A stretch of DNA of 64,000 nucleotides from Rhynchopus sp. YZ270_cl-10 (lineage: Eukaryota). The translations under genes and the position numbers were made by a program. Shown here piece by piece: positions 59,738-64,000 of the stretch (position 1 is the first letter of the stretch; every line of letters begins with the position of its first letter). Location: NCBI GenBank assembly GCA_964035575.1, contig OZ037837.1, positions 1,054,001 through 1,118,000 on the forward strand. Reading direction: 5' to 3'. The notes under the pieces were generated by a model, which was given only the letters and a program-made list of their open reading frames with translations, was not told the DNA's origin and ran no database searches.

Positions 59738-59794
59738 GGTAAATACGTCCCGAGCCCGGCGCGCTACGCGCGCCGGGCTCGGGACGTATTTACC
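59738..59794. repeat. Perfect 27-bp-arm palindrome, 3-nt loop
   Basis: GGTAAATACGTCCCGAGCCCGGCGCGC-TAC-GCGCGCCGGGCTCGGGACGTATTTACC. Confidence 0.95.
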
Positions 59795-60051
59795 GCGCCG
59801 GGAGTTCACGGCAAGTTGGGGGCCTCCGGCGGAGAAACTAGAGTTCTGGCCCAAAAAAAACGCGTTCCAGCGCAGTCCCTGAGATTCCAAAAAAAAATAA
59901 AAAGGCGCGGTCGAGCCCGACCCGGAATAAGAGAATTCCTCGGGTATCCAACTGAGGAGTTCAACTTCATTGATATTTGCACCAGACACACGAATTATCA
60001 GTAACTTCAGTACGTGTACAAAAAGAAACGGTGGTCATAGCATCAAGGCTC

Positions 60052-60264
60052 CTGGCGAAGCCACGGTACGCAACATTTCAAAAAATTGCGCTTAAAATTG
60101 CACATTTTTACAGCCAAATTATGTCATGGGAACGTGGGTTGCAAGCTTGCGCCGCAGGCGCACGGTACGCTACTTTTTTCCTTTCGCCATGCTGCATGTT
60201 TCCTTTTCGTTCGGCGTTTGATCAATTGAGTCGCGTTCTGGCTGTGACGGGGTCACTTTGTTCA
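60052..60264. repeat. ~210-bp inverted copy of 55903-56114
   Basis: ctggcgaagccacggtacgc...gtcactttgttca closely matches the reverse complement of the hAT-element interior. Confidence 0.9.
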
Positions 60265-60447
60265 TGAGGCCAGTTCTGGTCGCTCTCAGAGGCTTATGTG
60301 GGGGAATTTTTTTTTTTCGGGAATTTTTTTTTATTTTTATTTTTTTCCAATGAAGAATTCTTCACTGGAAAAATTTTTTTTTTTGGGATTTTTTTTTTTT
60401 TCGAAGAATTCTTCATCGGATTCTTCAGCGCGGAAAGTCTGGGAACG

Positions 60448-60622
60448 GAGCATGTACGGTCCTGGAAGCTCCAAGAAAATGGAGTCGGCGGGCTTAATAG
60501 GAAGTTGCCTTTCCTAAACGTACACACAACTGGCAAAAAAAAGGGGAGGTGTCGTCACTCACCTATATCATCATTGAAATACCATTGCTTACCAATGGTA
60601 CACTCCAATATTGTTGTCCCCC
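60448..60622. repeat. ~175-bp dispersed repeat, second copy at ~61588-61763
   Basis: gagcatgtacgg..ggaagctccaaga..atggagtcgg...ggtacactccaata is shared. Confidence 0.85.
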
Positions 60623-61110
60623 TTTTTTTCTTTATGTAAAGCTTATAGACAAACCACGAAAGAGAGGTGGGTTCTGGCTGCAGGAAACGACACCCTATTA
60701 TTTATTTGAAAGGCGAGGATACATTATTATCATTTTTTTTTTTAGCTAGATTTAGGGGAAAAGAGTTCTCAAGACGTTTAAATTATTTCATGGTGCTATC
60801 CGGGGGGCGGGGTAATATACTTTCTTTTCTAAACAAAAAAGAAGGCAAAGAGGGTGCGAAAAATGTACCCTTGCTTTAAAAAAAAGAGCTGTTTTAAAAA
60901 GTAGAAAAGAAGGGAGAAGTGATTGGGATACTAATCCTGCACACCTCCCTCCATGTGACAAAGCCCGTAGACTCATTTAACTCTCGGGCTTTTTTTTTGT
61001 TGCTTTTTAAGATTATAAAAAAAGTGGCAAAAGGCAATGTGGAAATTTGCGAGAGAAAAGAAAAAAAAAAAGCGAAAAATGTATAAATTTTGGACACCCT
61101 CCATCAATAT

Positions 61111-61233
61111 TGGTGTGATCACCAAAACGGATTCTCCGTGGTTCTCCTGAAGGTGCTCCGCAAATATTAATATAGTCCGAAGCAGTTCTCCGTGGTTCTC
61201 CCGTGGGTTGTCCGTACCCCTTGAATCACACCA
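61111..61233. mobile_element. TGGTGT-terminus mini-element, 5-bp TSD AATAT
   Basis: AATAT|TGGTGTGAT...ATCACACCA|AATAT with internal TTCTCCGTGG repeats near both ends. Confidence 0.85.
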
Positions 61234-62620
61234 AATATAATTGACATTTTTTTTTTCAGAAATACAAGGTTCACTAACAAATGTGGAAAGATTTTTTTTC
61301 TGCATTATGTGTCTTTTGAAAACTTCGCTGTATCAGCGTGGACACCCGAGGATGAGCTCCACTAATTAGTTTTTTTACCCTCCTGCTGCGTGACACTGAT
61401 GACTACCTGTGAAACTTCAGCAGACACACTGTCACTGCCTTCTTCTTGTTTTATCTTTTTTCTTTAAAAAAAATTTTTGATAAATTGTTGGAGTAGTGTA
61501 GTTGCCTCAATTGTGTTGCCACAGTTGTGCAATCTCCACTGTACCACTGTAATGTTTTTTTTTTTTTACCATTCCTTCTTAAGGAACTGAGCATGTACGG
61601 GACCCGGAAGCTCCAAGACAATGGAGTCGGACAGACTTAAGGAAGAAGTTGCCTTTCCTAAACGTGCACAACTGACAAAAAAAGGGGAGGTGTCGTCACT
61701 CACCTGTATCATCATTGAAATAACATTACTTACCAATGGTACACTCCAATACTGTTGCCCCCTGTATTTTTACACGCGTAAAGTTTTAGACACAAAAAGA
61801 AAAGCGAAAAAAAATAGACTCAGATCGTGCAATTTGAGCAGGGCTGTCGGACCGGATCTCCAAAAAAACCCGAATTCTTCCTCCAGTCCTGAATCTGAGT
61901 TCATTTTTAAAAAAAAATCGCTGAAAAAAATCCGAGTAGATATTTGTTGAAATATGTGGAGCGAGGTTAGCAGCGAAGTTAGAAATCGGTTATATCTCCG
62001 ATCAAATGCATTTCATAGCCTCTCCATTCAAACAAGAGAAAGCACACAAGGATGTTCAAAAACGATACACATCTCGGTTCAAAAACAAGGAAAGTTGCTA
62101 TTTTTTTTTTTTTTCGAAGATGAAACTAAGTACCACGGTGTTTTCTGGATGTGCTACCTTTCATCACAACCTCCCTTTTATTGTAGCAGCATCAGCTGTA
62201 CGGCCTTCAAAAAAAAAGTGCGTTCAAGATAACACCGTATCTCCTATTGCAAACAGACGCACTGAGGCGTGGTTTCGCTTCTCTCAGATTCCTTTAAAGT
62301 TAACGTTTACAAAAAAAAATAATAGAAACTAACTTCAGGAAATGAATAAAAAGAAAACAATGAAAAACGATTTTTTTTTCGTTTCTCGCTCTGCAAACTT
62401 GTGTTTTTTTCACTGAAGTGTTGTGTGTGATGGAAACAGTGAGTGAGAAAAACACAAGCTGGCAGGCACCTTCCGTCATTTCTATTTCCTATCAAGTATC
62501 TTGATTTACAGGGGAAAAAAAAAGAGGAAAAAAAACACGCACACACGGAACTCCTTTAGGTCTTTTTTTTGAATCAGAATATCAACAAAAATACCCCTAT
62601 CTCTCTCTCTGTCTCTGTCC

Positions 62621-63469
62621 TTACAACTTCGATTGTTCAACAGACTTTACTGCGAGACCTACAACCATGGGACCAGGGAATCCACCGGGTGTTGACCAAT
62701 GCGTAAGCGACCACGTCGTCGCACTGCGGATTGTGGTAAGGGTGTCGCGGTTGATGTTGCAACCGTCCGAGACGATGTGCCAGAAGGGCGCGATGGTGTT
62801 TTGGAGGGTGCGGGTGAGGGGAGAGGTGGACACAACGTGTTCGCAGAAGAAGACACGGCCGCCGGGTTTGAGGAGGCGGTCTACGTCACGCAGGACAGAG
62901 GCAGGGTCGGGCACCTCGCAGAGCACGTTGCCAAGGATGACCCAGTCGTATGTCCCGTCACCCTCCAGTTCGCTCGTGAAGCGTCCCTCCACGGTGACGG
63001 GGAATTTGGCGCCGCATCCCTTGATAGTCTGGCGCAGCTTTTCGTGGAGGTTTGTGTTGGGTTCAAGTGCAACATATTCGGAGACCGTGGCGGAGGACCG
63101 TACACCATACTTCAAATAAAGGCCCGAAGCGCAGCCAACATCAAGCACCTTGCCAGAAAGGTTTTTCATCAGCTCCGCCTTCCAGCGGGAGAACTTCGCG
63201 TCGACGCCGGCCATGACGGTGGGGAGGACGTAGGAAATGGTTTTGGCGCTGACGCGTTTGCCGAAGATCAGGACTGCGAGGGCAAGGGCTCCTCCGCTGG
63301 TGAGCACGGTGAGCACCAGGGCGGCTGCGTACCGTGGTGCAGCGTAGACAGCCAACGCAGCGCAGGTTAGCTGGAGCAGCTGTTTGGTAGGCTTCGGGGT
63401 GCGCAGCATTGAATCCGCAATACGGAACTCTTCACCATCAAAGGTGACCACAGCAGTGCTATCGGCCAT
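62621..63469 (-). CDS. Class I SAM-dependent methyltransferase, METTL7/TMT1-like, with N-terminal membrane segment
   Basis: VLDVGCASG, ALEPN, YDWVI...VLCEVPDP..VL..V.RLLKPGG..FF.EHV, DGCNINRD. Confidence 0.9.
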   Translation of the reverse strand: MADSTAVVTFDGEEFRIADSMLRTPKPTKQLLQLTCAALAVYAAPRYAAALVLTVLTSGGALALAVLIFGKRVSAKTISYVLPTVMAGVDAKFSRWKAELMKNLSGKVLDVGCASGLYLKYGVRSSATVSEYVALEPNTNLHEKLRQTIKGCGAKFPVTVEGRFTSELEGDGTYDWVILGNVLCEVPDPASVLRDVDRLLKPGGRVFFCEHVVSTSPLTRTLQNTIAPFWHIVSDGCNINRDTLTTIRSATTWSLTHWSTPGGFPGPMVVGLAVKSVEQSKL

Positions 63470-64000
63470 CGTGAGAAGTGAGTTGTGGGGGGAACGTGGA
63501 AGGTGGTAAGTGGTAAGTGGAAAGTGGAGCTAATAAAAGAAAACCTGTGCGGAAATAATGGTGATTACCTAAGACTTCAAACGAAAATATGTTGGACAGA
63601 AATAATGTTGGGAAGAGCGAGCGTTTTTTGGGCGGTTCCAACACTTCTACGTTCCCGTATTTACAGGTACAGTACAATAAAACGTTGAGCCGTTATGCAG
63701 CAAATTGCAGCGCGTCATCAGAAGTTGTACGTCAGTGTGCAAGCAACATTCTCACACAAGGTCCAAAAACACCATGGAAAAGGGGTTAGTTATCCACTAC
63801 ATGACAGGGCACTACGTGTTGACAAAGCAGGTACATCAAACAGGATAAAATACAAATAATTGGTTGCCACTCGTTGTAAAACTTGTGCTAAACTTTCTCA
63901 TCCGAACAAAGCATAATGTAGTGGAAAACGCAACAGATAATCGATACCAGACTTTGGGTGGGGATATCCGGAAGTCCCAAAGTACGAGGATATATCATAC

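Noticed and set aside
55903..60264. One 4.4-kb transposon bounded by 210-bp inverted repeats
   Set aside because: The left arm lies inside a separate hAT element with its own 8-bp TSD and no outer TSD is present. Two oppositely oriented related copies explain it better.
60296..60435. GAAGAATTCTTC palindrome cluster as a MITE
   Set aside because: Termini and TSD could not be defined.

Overview
Eukaryotic genomic DNA, most likely a euglenozoan and probably a diplonemid (inference). The evidence is a kinetoplastid-like nuclear ATP synthase subunit c, every recognisable gene on the minus strand, and GT-AG introns with CA-rich acceptors. Left third: an ankyrin pseudogene, a tandem family of ubiquitin-like + variable-LRR genes (3 intact, 1 broken), a PhoD phosphatase, a decayed RT-like fragment and a tRNA-Sec gene. 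Middle: four intron-containing ATP synthase c genes, a divergent NELF-C/D (TH1)-like gene, a PWI-like/Q-rich gene, a coiled-coil gene and a small tandem-domain gene. Right: a ~2,770-aa coiled-coil protein with an apparently dead kinesin head, a PPR-like mitochondrial protein and a METTL7-like methyltransferase. Intergenic and intronic DNA is dense with non-autonomous TIR elements (hAT-, MULE-, piggyBac- and Tc1-like, some nested). It also holds a family with TGGTGT...ACACCA ends, 5-6 bp TSDs and unidirectional 10-11 bp internal repeats that I cannot assign to a known superfamily. All family assignments come from motif recognition by eye; no database searches were run.
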